From Candidatus Altiarchaeota archaeon (GTDB taxonomy: Archaea > Altiarchaeota > Altiarchaeia > IMC4 > SCGC-AAA252-I15), in NCBI GenBank assembly GCA_043813075.1, contig JBDRLL010000012.1:1-57532 (forward strand): a stretch of DNA of 57,532 nucleotides. The letters are read 5' to 3'. The translations under genes were made by a program, and so were the position numbers. Under the pieces are notes generated by a model. It searched no databases. It worked only from the letters and a program-made list of their open reading frames with translations, and was not told the origin of the DNA. Positions 37,107 through 47,117 of the stretch are shown here, piece after piece. Positions within the stretch are counted from its first letter, which is position 1; each line of letters starts with the position of its first letter.

Positions 37107-37889
37107 ATGGATTTGATTGTCTTAAAGCTTGGGGGGAGTGTCATAACACGGAAAAGTGACGACGTTCTCGAGGTAAACGAGGATAATCTAAGGCGGCTTT
37201 CAAACGAGATTGCGGAAGCCATGTCAGAAAAACAGTTCCGATTGTTCATAGTGCATGGCGCAGGACCATTCGGGCATGTTCTAGCGAAAGAGTACCGCCT
37301 CTCTGACAGTCATAAGGACGCCCGGCAGATTAAGGGTTTCTCACTCACACACCAGAGCATGGAGGCTCTGAACTCCATGGTTGTAGCAACACTCCTTGAG
37401 GCAGGTCTGAATGCAGTATCCTATCAGCCTTCTGCAGCTGGCGTCCTTAAGTCAGGGAGGATTGATTCAATGGATTTGAAGCCTTTGAAGGGAATGATTG
37501 ATTTGGGCTTAATCCCAGTGGGCTATGGAGATGTGCTGGTTGACGAGGATGATGGCCTGAACATACTGTCAGGGGATCATCTCGTCCCACATGTTGCGTT
37601 AGGCCTCAAAGCATCTAGGGTCATCATCATCACCGACTATAATGGGGTGTTCGCCGGCGATCCTGGGGGCTCTGAGAAACTGGATGAAATAACAAGGGAG
37701 AACGTGGACATTCTTGACGGCCGTAAGACGTCCGGGACCGATGTTACGGGTGGCATAAGGGGGAAGGTGATGGAGTTGCTTGACTTGGCTGACGAGGGTG
37801 TTGAGTCTGAGATAATAAGCGGTAATGAAAAGGACTACCTGAAGATGGCTTTATTGGGTGAGAGGGGCCTTGGTACCATAGTTAAGTGA
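37107..37889 (+). CDS. ipk: Isopentenyl phosphate kinase
   Basis: LKLGGSVIT, VHGAGPFGH (IPK His), GDV, ILSGD, DVTGG...K. Confidence 0.93.
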   Translation: MDLIVLKLGGSVITRKSDDVLEVNEDNLRRLSNEIAEAMSEKQFRLFIVHGAGPFGHVLAKEYRLSDSHKDARQIKGFSLTHQSMEALNSMVVATLLEAGLNAVSYQPSAAGVLKSGRIDSMDLKPLKGMIDLGLIPVGYGDVLVDEDDGLNILSGDHLVPHVALGLKASRVIIITDYNGVFAGDPGGSEKLDEITRENVDILDGRKTSGTDVTGGIRGKVMELLDLADEGVESEIISGNEKDYLKMALLGERGLGTIVK

Positions 37890-37890
37890 A

Positions 37891-38304
37891 ATGGCGTTGA
37901 AGTGTGAAGGCTGCCGGTTGAGGGGTGTTTGTTCGAGCTCTAGGGCATCCTGGGTGTTCTTCCTGATAGGTGTTGTCGCAACGGTTGCGATGCGTGTTAT
38001 AGAGCCTTTACGGTCTATCGACCAGTCTTACGGCAAGATTTCATGGTACGTGGGTGTTATTGGTTTCTTCCTGTTTTTCGTCTACAAGTACAGGGTCTTA
38101 AGGGAGAAGTCTAGGATAATCCGGGATTCTAACCTTATGGGGAGGCTATCGTCCAGGGAGGGGTTGTCGGAGAGCGACTACCCCCTTCTAATGGAATTGG
38201 TCTGCAGCCAGGACAACTGGAAGGAGCGCACCAATTTCATGGTCATATTCATTCTTTCTGCAGTAGCACTGGTTTTTGCGTTATGGCTTGACTTAAGCTC
38301 TTGA
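37891..38304 (+). CDS. Small three-TM membrane protein
   Basis: N-terminal CxxC, three hydrophobic helices. Confidence 0.72.
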   Translation: MALKCEGCRLRGVCSSSRASWVFFLIGVVATVAMRVIEPLRSIDQSYGKISWYVGVIGFFLFFVYKYRVLREKSRIIRDSNLMGRLSSREGLSESDYPLLMELVCSQDNWKERTNFMVIFILSAVALVFALWLDLSS

Positions 38305-38808
38305 TCATGCAGCCCTCTTTGCGAGATAATCCTGGTCTATCGAGTCGTCAGTTATCTCAGCTACCTCAACAATCTTCCTCCTGAATGATGTCTCGTCAAA
38401 AACACCGTCTTTCGTGAATTCCTTCCTCCAGTCATGCATCTGCCCTGACTTAACGAGGACGCTGTCAAAAGAATCGTTCTTCCTGAGGAAAGCCTCAATC
38501 TGGGTTTCCACAATGTTCCTCTCCAAGGCGCTAAGCCCTGTTCCGGTATCGTGCGTGAAGTATCCTGCAGACTCTTCATGCGGTTTTTCGCCAGGAATCC
38601 AGAAGACCTTCGCGTCCAAAAGCTTTCTGACCGAATATCTAAAGGCCAGATCAGCGCTCTTAAATCCCAATCTCCTCTTCTCCTCCTCAAGCAGCACTGG
38701 ATTATCATGTCTTTCTTGGGGTGTCATCACATTCCCGCCAACCGCTTTCCGCTCAATATCCAACAAAAGTGGTGCGACGTCGATCCGTGACCTCTCTGTT
38801 ACGATCAT
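38305..38808 (-). CDS. Hypothetical protein
   Basis: ATGA overlap with the nitroreductase stop; no recognised motif. Confidence 0.65.
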   Translation of the reverse strand: MIVTERSRIDVAPLLLDIERKAVGGNVMTPQERHDNPVLLEEEKRRLGFKSADLAFRYSVRKLLDAKVFWIPGEKPHEESAGYFTHDTGTGLSALERNIVETQIEAFLRKNDSFDSVLVKSGQMHDWRKEFTKDGVFDETSFRRKIVEVAEITDDSIDQDYLAKRAA

Positions 38809-39296
38809 TTTAGAGCACACACCTCTCCAACTGACTTCTTCGGCTTGTCTCCAGCGTCCTCGGCGGGGTATCCAGCTGGAACCAATGCTATCAGCGTGTA
38901 TTCATCAGGGACCTCCAGGATTTCACGCACTTTATTGGCGTAAGGCTTCTTGTCTCCCGCAACCCAGCAGGTTCCAAGACCGTGGATTTCGCACGCGTAT
39001 ATGATGTTCATGACTGCGGCACACCCATCCTCCAGATGGTATTTCTCGTCCTTAAGGCAGAACACCGTGAAACATACGGCAGCATTGGCGATGAATGGTC
39101 CCGTACTGCATGTTTCCCCTAGTTTTTCGAGTATCCTCCTGTCTGTCACTGCGATAATCTTCCAGGGCTGGACGTTTCTTGCAGTGGGCGCTAGGCGCGC
39201 GCATTCGAGCACGTCATCCAATACGTCTAATGGTATGCGGTCTTGCGTGTATCCCCTCACACTTCTCCTATTCTTTATCAAGTCCGTCGACTCCAT
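38805..39296 (-). CDS. Nitroreductase family protein
   Basis: RRSVRGY, APTARNVQPW, GLGTCWV, GYP. Confidence 0.94.
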   Translation of the reverse strand: MESTDLIKNRRSVRGYTQDRIPLDVLDDVLECARLAPTARNVQPWKIIAVTDRRILEKLGETCSTGPFIANAAVCFTVFCLKDEKYHLEDGCAAVMNIIYACEIHGLGTCWVAGDKKPYANKVREILEVPDEYTLIALVPAGYPAEDAGDKPKKSVGEVCALK

Positions 39297-39339
39297 ATGC
39301 CTTCTATTTGATTTTATTCTATAAACACCCCAAATTGTT

Positions 39340-39960
39340 ATGATGGTGGAACTGATAGTGCCAGATTCATCGTTTGGCGTCTTCGGGAGGATGCCTCCGC
39401 TGGAGTTTCAGACAAGAATACGGAGGATAAACGGACTCGTCCACCCGTTCACAGGAGATTTCAGTACTCCCAATGAGTTAAACGCAAAATTTGCAGAATA
39501 CAATGGTTTCGTGGGCGAGACGATAGCGAAGCCTGATGCGGTGATGGTTTTTGTTGGGACCGCAAGTCCTGACACAGTCGAAAAACTGCGTCAACTTGAG
39601 CCCACGTTAGCGAGAAGACTATCTGAAGGCCTGCCGGATTTATCCGATGGTGAGAGGGATGCACTGAAACAGCAGCTAAAGGCAAGGGGCGTATACATCA
39701 TGTCAAATGCTAGGTATGGTTTCCTCGAGGAGTTGAGCGTACTCCACAAGGCTGCTACAGGCCTGAGTCCAGGCCGCTTAGTATACTATGAGAGTAGCAT
39801 AGATCAGGCAGATATCTCATCATCATTGTCACGAAGGATAGACGCTGTTAGTGTTGATGTTGTATTCAGGGGAGAGAAGACTGACGTCTGTGTGAAAGAC
39901 CAGGCAGGGTTTCTCTGCAATGCGCTTAACATATCCAGAGGGCGGCTGAAAATAGTATAA
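39340..39960 (+). CDS. Hypothetical protein
   Basis: 206-aa ORF; 'LVHPF' and 'GE..D.CV' loosely suggest a cysteine-hydrolase-like fold. Confidence 0.65.
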   Translation: MMVELIVPDSSFGVFGRMPPLEFQTRIRRINGLVHPFTGDFSTPNELNAKFAEYNGFVGETIAKPDAVMVFVGTASPDTVEKLRQLEPTLARRLSEGLPDLSDGERDALKQQLKARGVYIMSNARYGFLEELSVLHKAATGLSPGRLVYYESSIDQADISSSLSRRIDAVSVDVVFRGEKTDVCVKDQAGFLCNALNISRGRLKIV

Positions 39961-40013
39961 TCCAATATTTTTCCACTACTCTAGGTCTTTTTTTAATGCA
40001 ATCAACAGTCTAG

Positions 40014-41147
40014 ATGGTATTGATGGATACCCTCGAGAAAGTCAGGATACTTGGCGAAGCCGGCAAATGGGATACTTGCGCGAGCAGCGCCTCACCACGG
40101 AAAGTCACGACTAGCGACCGTATAGGCGACGCATCGTCCTGCGGGATATGCCATTCATTCACTGAAGATGGCCGTTGCGTCTCCCTCTTCAAGACGCTGT
40201 TGACAAACGACTGCAGCTACGACTGCAAATACTGCCAGAACTCTGTCCACTGCAGTAAAAACAAGGTTTCATACGAGCCTGACGAACTGGCTAGAGTATT
40301 CATGCACCTTTATCTCGGCAACTACGTTGAAGGCCTATTCCTGTCTTCCGGCATATCCGGGGACCCTGACGTGACGATGGAGAGGATGCTGGATACGGTA
40401 CGCTTGATAAGGGGGGAGTATATGTTCCAGGGATACGTTCACTTCAAGATACTGCCTGGCTGCAGCAGGGAGATGATAAGGCAGGCCGGGGAGATGGCTG
40501 ACCGGCTTTCCATAAACATAGAGGTCCCCAGCAAGAGTCGTATGGCGGAGATAAGCGATGTTAAGGACTATCGTATCGACATACTGCGCCGTCAGAAGTG
40601 GGTTAGTCGTGAGAATACTCCGTCAGGCCAGACTACGCAGATGGTTGTCGGCGGATGCGGTGAGACAGACCGTGAGATACTTGGAATGGCTGGATGGGAG
40701 TACGATAAGATGCGCCTCAGGAGGGTGTACTATAGTGCGTTCACCCCCATCGAGCTGACACCGTTCGAATACAAGAGCAAGACCCCGCTGGAGCGGGAGC
40801 ACCGACTCTATCAAGTCGATTTTATGATGCGGAAATATGGGATAGGGTTAAGGGAGTTCAGGGAAGTCTTTGAGGACGGGAACCTGCCGAGGGGAGACCC
40901 GAAAGTGCATCTCGCTAGGATAACCCTAGACGGGCATGTGGACGTCAACGAGGCTTCATACAACGAGTTGGTCAGGGTGCCTGGCATAGGGCCCAAGAGT
41001 GCCGTTAGGATACTCCAGTTGAGGAAGAATAATCGGGGCATAACCAGTAGACGGCAGTTGGATTCCATTGGTGTTGTTTTGAAGCGGGCTGAGCCTTTCC
41101 TGAAGGTCGGCGGCCATGTGCAGGCGAGGATGAGCGAGTATGCGTAG
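40014..41147 (+). CDS. Putative DNA modification/repair radical SAM protein with HhH (TIGR03916-like)
   Basis: GICHSFTEDGRCVSL, CSYDCKYC, EGLFLSSG, ADRLS.NIE, GQTTQM, REHRLYQ.D, RVPGIG. Confidence 0.93.
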   Translation: MVLMDTLEKVRILGEAGKWDTCASSASPRKVTTSDRIGDASSCGICHSFTEDGRCVSLFKTLLTNDCSYDCKYCQNSVHCSKNKVSYEPDELARVFMHLYLGNYVEGLFLSSGISGDPDVTMERMLDTVRLIRGEYMFQGYVHFKILPGCSREMIRQAGEMADRLSINIEVPSKSRMAEISDVKDYRIDILRRQKWVSRENTPSGQTTQMVVGGCGETDREILGMAGWEYDKMRLRRVYYSAFTPIELTPFEYKSKTPLEREHRLYQVDFMMRKYGIGLREFREVFEDGNLPRGDPKVHLARITLDGHVDVNEASYNELVRVPGIGPKSAVRILQLRKNNRGITSRRQLDSIGVVLKRAEPFLKVGGHVQARMSEYA

Positions 41148-41745
41148 GATGTTTAACCTGGCTTGCAGGCACAGGGATTTCGACAGGCAGCTGTATGAAA
41201 AGGTTTTGGGGCAGGATAGGGCGCTGGTGGAGAACTGCGCTACGCCGGAGGCAAGGAGGCTTTACCTGATGCAGCGTAGCGTATCCAGGTGCTTTCACCT
41301 GAAGAGGAGTTTCATGAGGCTTAACTTATCCCCGAAGGGGATACTATACGCGAAGACTAGGCTAGAGCACAACGTCATCGACATGATTCTGGAGCACTTC
41401 CAGAATAGATTCCCCACATTCCAGATAGCAATAGAGTGGGAGGATATGGGGAAGACCTACGTCATAGACAGCAGTGGGGGGATACGCTCCTACAATACTG
41501 GGGTTGAGTCTGTTGTCGAGGCTATCGGAGAAAACATGGAGGAAAACCCGGTACTTGAGGGATTATGCTTTGACGGACAAGTATGGGGGGACTACTACAA
41601 CTCACAATACATCCCGGAACGGAGGAACACCAGGCTGATGAAGAAGATGATGCCGTTAAAATACCGCGACAAGCATATACTGGAGAACAGGAATAACCCG
41701 GAATTTCACAGGATAACAGACTATTCTAAACGCCCGCAACCGTGA
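41140..41745 (+). CDS. DUF4130 domain protein (TIGR03915-like)
   Basis: H..+.F.R, HNV......HF..RF, W..YY......ERRN..LM...MP.KY; overlaps the radical SAM gene. Confidence 0.85.
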   Translation: MRRMFNLACRHRDFDRQLYEKVLGQDRALVENCATPEARRLYLMQRSVSRCFHLKRSFMRLNLSPKGILYAKTRLEHNVIDMILEHFQNRFPTFQIAIEWEDMGKTYVIDSSGGIRSYNTGVESVVEAIGENMEENPVLEGLCFDGQVWGDYYNSQYIPERRNTRLMKKMMPLKYRDKHILENRNNPEFHRITDYSKRPQP

Positions 41746-41812
41746 CAGACAAACCCCTCCTGAAGATTTATTAAACACCATTAATATTATTAGACAACTG
41801 TAGGTGGATAAT

Positions 41813-43135
41813 ATGCGTGAATTCATCGATAAACTCGATAGAGAAGGAAAATTAATCAAAATAGACAAGGAAGTCGATACAAAATACGAAATCGCGGCAA
41901 TATTAAAGAAGGCGGAGGGGAATGCTGTAAAATTCTCTAATGTTAAAGGTCATAATATCAGTGTCGTTGGTGGTGTCGGGAGTTCCAGGGAGTTAATAGC
42001 AAAATCCCTTGGAATCGAACAAAAAAATCTTCTCTTCAGGATAGCGGATGCGATAAAGAATCCTAAAAAACCAGAGGTCATGGAAAAACCACCCTGCCAG
42101 GAAATCGTATGGAAGGGAAAGGATGCCGACTTAACGAGGATACCATTATTAACCCATTATGAAAAGGATGGTGGACCGTACATAAGCTCTGGTGTCGTAG
42201 CAGTCAGTAATGAAAAGTGGGGTAGGAATATTGCCACACACAGGATGATGATGTATGGCCCAAAAAACAAGCTTGTTGTACGTATCTGTGCTAGAGACAC
42301 GATGGAGTATCTCAAGGATTCGGGTGGTGAGATGGATGCTACATTAGTCATCGGCGTACACCCTGCAGTACAAATCGCGTCTGCGACAAGGACAAAGATA
42401 GATTTCGATGAGATGGGGATAGCCAATGCTCTTGTGGAAACACCTACCGCAAAATCCCTGACAAATAACATCGAAATCCCTGCTAATGCGGAGATAGTGT
42501 TAGAAGGGAGGATAAGCTCTGAGGAAAGGGTTGGTGAAGGCCCGTTTGTTGATATCACTGGGACATATGATTTCCCTAAGAGGCAGGAGCCGGTCTTCAC
42601 AGTGGATACCATATCCATGAGGAAAAACGCCTTGTATCACGCACTATTGCCTGGATTCGCGGAACACAGGCTCTATATGGGGATGCCTAGAGAGCCGACA
42701 ATATTCACTGAAGTGAACAAGGTATGTGAATGCAAGAATGTGGTTCTAACGCCAGGAGGATGCGGTTGGCTGCATGGGATAGTCCAGATACGGAAGAAAA
42801 ACCCTGATGATGGTATGAAAGCCATCGAAGCATCGTTTAAAGGTCATTCGAGTCTGAAGCATGTTGTGGTAATAGAGGAAGACATAGACATTTATGATAG
42901 AAATGATTTGGAATGGGCTATTGCAACCAGATTTCAGGCGAGTAAAAACGCTGTCATAAAGGAGGCTCCCGGCTCCAGTGTGGATCCCAGTGGCGAGCCT
43001 GTTCCCGGCTCAGACCGGCAGAAGACGACGAGAGTGGGTATTGACGCTACCATGCCGAGTGACAGAGAGAAAAAAGATTTCATGAGGCCATACATACCTA
43101 ATGAAGAAAAAATTAGTCTAGAAGATTATAGTTAA
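41813..43135 (+). CDS. UbiD-family decarboxylase, probable trans-anhydromevalonate 5-phosphate decarboxylase (AMPD)
   Basis: DGGPYI, HR, EIVLEG, EGPFVDITGTYD, EWAIATRFQ; directly upstream of the AcnX pair. Confidence 0.88.
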   Translation: MREFIDKLDREGKLIKIDKEVDTKYEIAAILKKAEGNAVKFSNVKGHNISVVGGVGSSRELIAKSLGIEQKNLLFRIADAIKNPKKPEVMEKPPCQEIVWKGKDADLTRIPLLTHYEKDGGPYISSGVVAVSNEKWGRNIATHRMMMYGPKNKLVVRICARDTMEYLKDSGGEMDATLVIGVHPAVQIASATRTKIDFDEMGIANALVETPTAKSLTNNIEIPANAEIVLEGRISSEERVGEGPFVDITGTYDFPKRQEPVFTVDTISMRKNALYHALLPGFAEHRLYMGMPREPTIFTEVNKVCECKNVVLTPGGCGWLHGIVQIRKKNPDDGMKAIEASFKGHSSLKHVVVIEEDIDIYDRNDLEWAIATRFQASKNAVIKEAPGSSVDPSGEPVPGSDRQKTTRVGIDATMPSDREKKDFMRPYIPNEEKISLEDYS

Positions 43136-43178
43136 AAAAATGTGGACCACATAATCTTAGTAAAACGAGGCATAAAGG

Positions 43179-44378
43179 ATGTTTCTCACTAATGAAGAGG
43201 AAGAGATTCTGGATGGAGAACACGGGAATGCTGCTGCAAAGAGCATGAAGATACTCGTTGCCTTAGGAGAGATATACAGTGCAGATAGTCTGATCCCTGT
43301 TTCAAGCGTGCAGATAGCTGGTGTATCCTACGCTAACCTTGGTGATGCTGGACTGGATTACCTTGCTGAACTCGCCAAGGACGGTGAAGTCAGCGTGTTG
43401 ACCACGCTTAATCCCGCGGGCATGGACATGCAGGATTGGAGGAAGCTAGGGATATCAGATGAGTTCGCTGAGAAACAGAAGAAAGTCATCGAAGCGTTCG
43501 CGAGGATGGGTGTCGTGACGACGTGCACGTGCACTCCATACTTGATAGGCAACCTCCCGTCGTTCGGGGAGCATGTGGCGTGGGCGGAGTCGTCTGCAGT
43601 CACGTTCGTGAATTCTGTCATAGGCGCGCGCTCGAACAGGGAGGGAGGCCCGTCAGCCATCGCATCCGCGATGATAGGAAAAACCCCGGCATACGGGCTG
43701 CACCTGGACGAGAATAGGGTGCCTAAAGTGCATTTCAATGTTAAGGCGAAGGTGGAGTCGCTCGCAGACTACGGCGCACTAGGCTATGCGCTTGGAAAAC
43801 AGAGCGAAAAAAGAGTGCCATACATAACCGGCCTCCCGCCGTCGAACACCGACTACTTGAAGAGCTTCGGCGCGTCATTCATCACCTATGGGGGCCCGCC
43901 ATTATACCATATTAAAGGAGTCACACCGGAGGCTGGCTTGCATAAGAAGCCTAAGGATTCTGTCACGATAACGCAGGATGACTTGGATGATGCATACAAG
44001 TCTTTGAATGATGATGCAGGTGACGTCGACTTCGTATCCCTGGGCTGCCCGCACGCGAGCATCAAGGAGATAGCGGAGATAGCAGAGTTTCTGAAGGGTA
44101 GGAAGGTGAATGATGGTGTTGAACTGTGGGTTGCCACCGCGAGGCCTACGAAGCAGATTGCCGACGAGAGAGGGTATACTAGGATAATAGAGGAGGCTGG
44201 CGGGAAGATGGCTGTGGACACGTGCATGGTTGTCGCGCCAGTCAAGGGCAGGTTCAAGACGATGGCGACAACGAGTGCGAAGGCGTGCTTCTATGCTAGG
44301 GGTAAGAACAAGTTCCAAGTGCATATCGGCGATTTTAGAAAGTGTCTGGAGACGGCGGTGAGTGGGAAATGGAGTTGA
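43179..44378 (+). CDS. Aconitase X catalytic subunit, probable phosphomevalonate dehydratase large subunit
   Basis: GVSY, TTLNP, TCTCTPY, AWAESSA, N+EGGP, GCPH, DTCMVV.P, SAKA. Confidence 0.92.
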   Translation: MFLTNEEEEILDGEHGNAAAKSMKILVALGEIYSADSLIPVSSVQIAGVSYANLGDAGLDYLAELAKDGEVSVLTTLNPAGMDMQDWRKLGISDEFAEKQKKVIEAFARMGVVTTCTCTPYLIGNLPSFGEHVAWAESSAVTFVNSVIGARSNREGGPSAIASAMIGKTPAYGLHLDENRVPKVHFNVKAKVESLADYGALGYALGKQSEKRVPYITGLPPSNTDYLKSFGASFITYGGPPLYHIKGVTPEAGLHKKPKDSVTITQDDLDDAYKSLNDDAGDVDFVSLGCPHASIKEIAEIAEFLKGRKVNDGVELWVATARPTKQIADERGYTRIIEEAGGKMAVDTCMVVAPVKGRFKTMATTSAKACFYARGKNKFQVHIGDFRKCLETAVSGKWS

Positions 44379-44752
44379 ACGGGCGGGTGATAAACAAGGG
44401 TAAGGCTAGTGGTGTGGCTCTTGTCACCGGAGACCCCATCAGTTTTTATGGTGGAGTAGACCCTGAGACGGGGGTCATAACCGACCAGGACAATAGTCTG
44501 AATGGTCAGAGCATCTCAGGGAAGATACTCGTATTCCCGTATGGTAAGGGGAGCACTGTTGCGCCATACACCATCTACCAGCTGGCGAAGAATGGCAAGG
44601 CCCCGTTGGCGATGATAAACAAGGATATAGAGACCATAGTCGCAGTTGGGTGCATAATCAGCGACATACCTGCGGTAGACCAGATAGACATATCACGGAT
44701 CAATACTGGAGATAAGGTTAGCGTAGACGGGGATAAAGTGACTGTCGGTTAG
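44369..44752 (+). CDS. Aconitase X swivel subunit (DUF126), phosphomevalonate dehydratase small subunit
   Basis: ISFYGGVDP.TG, GKILVFP.GKGSTV; overlaps the large-subunit stop. Confidence 0.92.
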   Translation: MELNGRVINKGKASGVALVTGDPISFYGGVDPETGVITDQDNSLNGQSISGKILVFPYGKGSTVAPYTIYQLAKNGKAPLAMINKDIETIVAVGCIISDIPAVDQIDISRINTGDKVSVDGDKVTVG

Positions 44753-44795
44753 CTTGATTTTTAACTTCACATAGCATATCCATTATAGGTTTAAC

Positions 44796-46151
44796 ATGGT
44801 CAATAGAAAAGCTGTTTTTGTGCTGCTAGTAGTCTGTTTTGGATGTCTGACTGATGATAAGATAGGTGAGGTTGCTGTCACTCAGCCGGAGATGGTCAAG
44901 GTAACCGATGATTTCTCAGGAAGCAACGTCATATTAATATCAATAGATACTCTCAGGGGGGACAGGCTCGGATCCTATGGATATCCGATTAATAACAGCC
45001 CGACAATAGACGAGCTAGCTAAGGATAGTGTGATATTCTATAACGTGCTCTCAGCATCAGGTATGACCGAGCCGTCGCACAAGTCGATGTTAACTGGTAA
45101 ACTGGTTGCCACCCATAAGAACGACTTGTCTGGCTCCAAGACTCTGGCAGAGGTTTTTAAGGAGAACGGATATGCTACGGCAGCGTTCACCGACGGTGGG
45201 AAAGTGCACCCTGTTTTCGGCTTTGGGAAAGGCTTTGACCTGTATGAGGTTAGGGACATGAAACGGGTGTTCACAGGATTTGAAGACGAGTCATTCGACC
45301 ACTGGATTCACGACAACGCAGGCAACCCATTCTTCATTTTCCTGCATTATTACCACATACACTGCCCATACACGTCCCCTGAACCATATAGGAGCCAGTA
45401 TACTGCATACTACACTGACCGGGAGACGGTAGACTTACTTGAGAAATGGTGTCCTTCGAGCAGGAAAAAAACGGTCGAATACCAGGACACCATACTGGAG
45501 AGCAAGAATATGATATCCGACCTGTATGACGCGCAGATACCGGCATTCGATGAACTAGTGTTCAAAAAGATAATCGACACTGTGAAATCCGCCGGAGTCT
45601 ACAACAACACCATAATAATGGTGACGTCAGATCACGGGGAATTCCTAGGTGAAAACGATATCTTCGGCCACGGTCGCCTAGGATGGCCGGGGCTTAAGAT
45701 ACCCTGGATAATACATCTCCCAGATAACAGGGCTAGCAGATTCAATTTTCCAGCTAGTGGTATCGACTTGACACCCACCCTACTTGACTTGGTGAACCTC
45801 AGCATCCCGGATGACGTCGACGGAATAAGCCTTAAGCCCCTGATATTATTTGGTGAAAAACCTGAGAGATACTTGCGTATCGCGAACAGCAATAATGGCG
45901 AGAGATTCTTCTGCGATAGGGCTATGAAGAAGGCCATAATAATACCACGGCCGAAGGACGATAAATACAAGATTCTGGCGAGGGACAAGACGTATACGGA
46001 CGATGAGGAAGCGCCTTTTGTCCTTCAATGCCTGAACGAGACCCTGGCAATAAGGTCTAGGGATAAGGGAGTCCCATTAAGCCCTTCAACAACCCTTAGG
46101 ATAACCAAGGAGTTGAGAAAGCAGCTTAGGGATCTGGGATACCTCGATTAG
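44796..46151 (+). CDS. Sulfatase-like lipoprotein
   Basis: Lipobox-like FGC; NVILISIDTLR.D, T.PSH.S.LTG, H.PY, TSDHGE, QLRDLGY. Confidence 0.88.
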   Translation: MVNRKAVFVLLVVCFGCLTDDKIGEVAVTQPEMVKVTDDFSGSNVILISIDTLRGDRLGSYGYPINNSPTIDELAKDSVIFYNVLSASGMTEPSHKSMLTGKLVATHKNDLSGSKTLAEVFKENGYATAAFTDGGKVHPVFGFGKGFDLYEVRDMKRVFTGFEDESFDHWIHDNAGNPFFIFLHYYHIHCPYTSPEPYRSQYTAYYTDRETVDLLEKWCPSSRKKTVEYQDTILESKNMISDLYDAQIPAFDELVFKKIIDTVKSAGVYNNTIIMVTSDHGEFLGENDIFGHGRLGWPGLKIPWIIHLPDNRASRFNFPASGIDLTPTLLDLVNLSIPDDVDGISLKPLILFGEKPERYLRIANSNNGERFFCDRAMKKAIIIPRPKDDKYKILARDKTYTDDEEAPFVLQCLNETLAIRSRDKGVPLSPSTTLRITKELRKQLRDLGYLD

Positions 46152-47062
46152 TGCCGGTCTAATCTGTCACCGTCTCTTTTTGGAGGGGATTGCTGCGCAG
46201 GCCGTAGCATATCAAGTTCTCTGGCTATCATATCTGCCGTTGATTCCCGCAGTTCTTTGTCAGGGTATGACTTCAACCTAATGGGGAATGCGGCCGTAGT
46301 GCCCGAGAATAGTGGTGTGACCGGCAGGCCCTCTGAATGCATTTTTAGCATTATCTCATTGCTTACGCAGTGTCCCGGCATTATCCTAACTGGATTCTGG
46401 CTTTTAAGGTAGCCTATTGTCCTGCTCGTCACATCATCGTCATTGACAAGGTGGAAGCCGCCTATCACCGCAAATATCCTGTCGTCTCCAGCAACCTTCT
46501 TAGCGTGCTCGATCGTATTGCATATGCCCGCGTGCGCGCAACCGGAGATGACCACAAGCCCCTTTTCAGTGGTTATGGCGAGGCCTGAGTCGTCCATTAT
46601 GAAGTCGTCTGCGCCACTCCTATTTACCTGCCCCGGGACTTTTGCCTCGAAATCGTTATTCCTGGGTATTTCCCCGAGAAAGTATATGTTGTCTGATAAC
46701 CTCACAGGTTCCCGTGATGTCGTGAGCTCGAATTTTCTGCCAGCCTCCTCAAGACTCATGAAGGGGCTCACCACCCTGCCACCCCCTTTCGGTATTGTAG
46801 GTTCGAAACAATCCGGATGGCAGACTAGCCTACCCCCATTCATGTGCTCTAGTCCATAAGAGTGGTCCGCGTGCCGGTGGCTTAGCACGATGGCGTCAAC
46901 ATCATCAAGACTGACGCCAAGACGACCCGCATTCTTCTGGAAGATGTCTGACTGTCCGGCATCCATCAGAATTTTTTTATCAGCCTGCACTACTATCGAG
47001 AACCCGAATTCCCCGGGGATGCCTTCTCCCGGCCGATTGTCGTTTAAAACGCTTATTATCAT
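46148..47062 (-). CDS. Metallo-beta-lactamase fold hydrolase (MJ0448-like family)
   Basis: L.DAG, SHRHADH, DD, SGCAH.G, GGFHL, GHC. Confidence 0.9.
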   Translation of the reverse strand: MIISVLNDNRPGEGIPGEFGFSIVVQADKKILMDAGQSDIFQKNAGRLGVSLDDVDAIVLSHRHADHSYGLEHMNGGRLVCHPDCFEPTIPKGGGRVVSPFMSLEEAGRKFELTTSREPVRLSDNIYFLGEIPRNNDFEAKVPGQVNRSGADDFIMDDSGLAITTEKGLVVISGCAHAGICNTIEHAKKVAGDDRIFAVIGGFHLVNDDDVTSRTIGYLKSQNPVRIMPGHCVSNEIMLKMHSEGLPVTPLFSGTTAAFPIRLKSYPDKELRESTADMIARELDMLRPAQQSPPKRDGDRLDRH

Positions 47063-47117
47063 ACTACACCAACAGTAGCCGATTATATTAGGATTAGCCA
47101 GTTGGCGGATAAATAAG

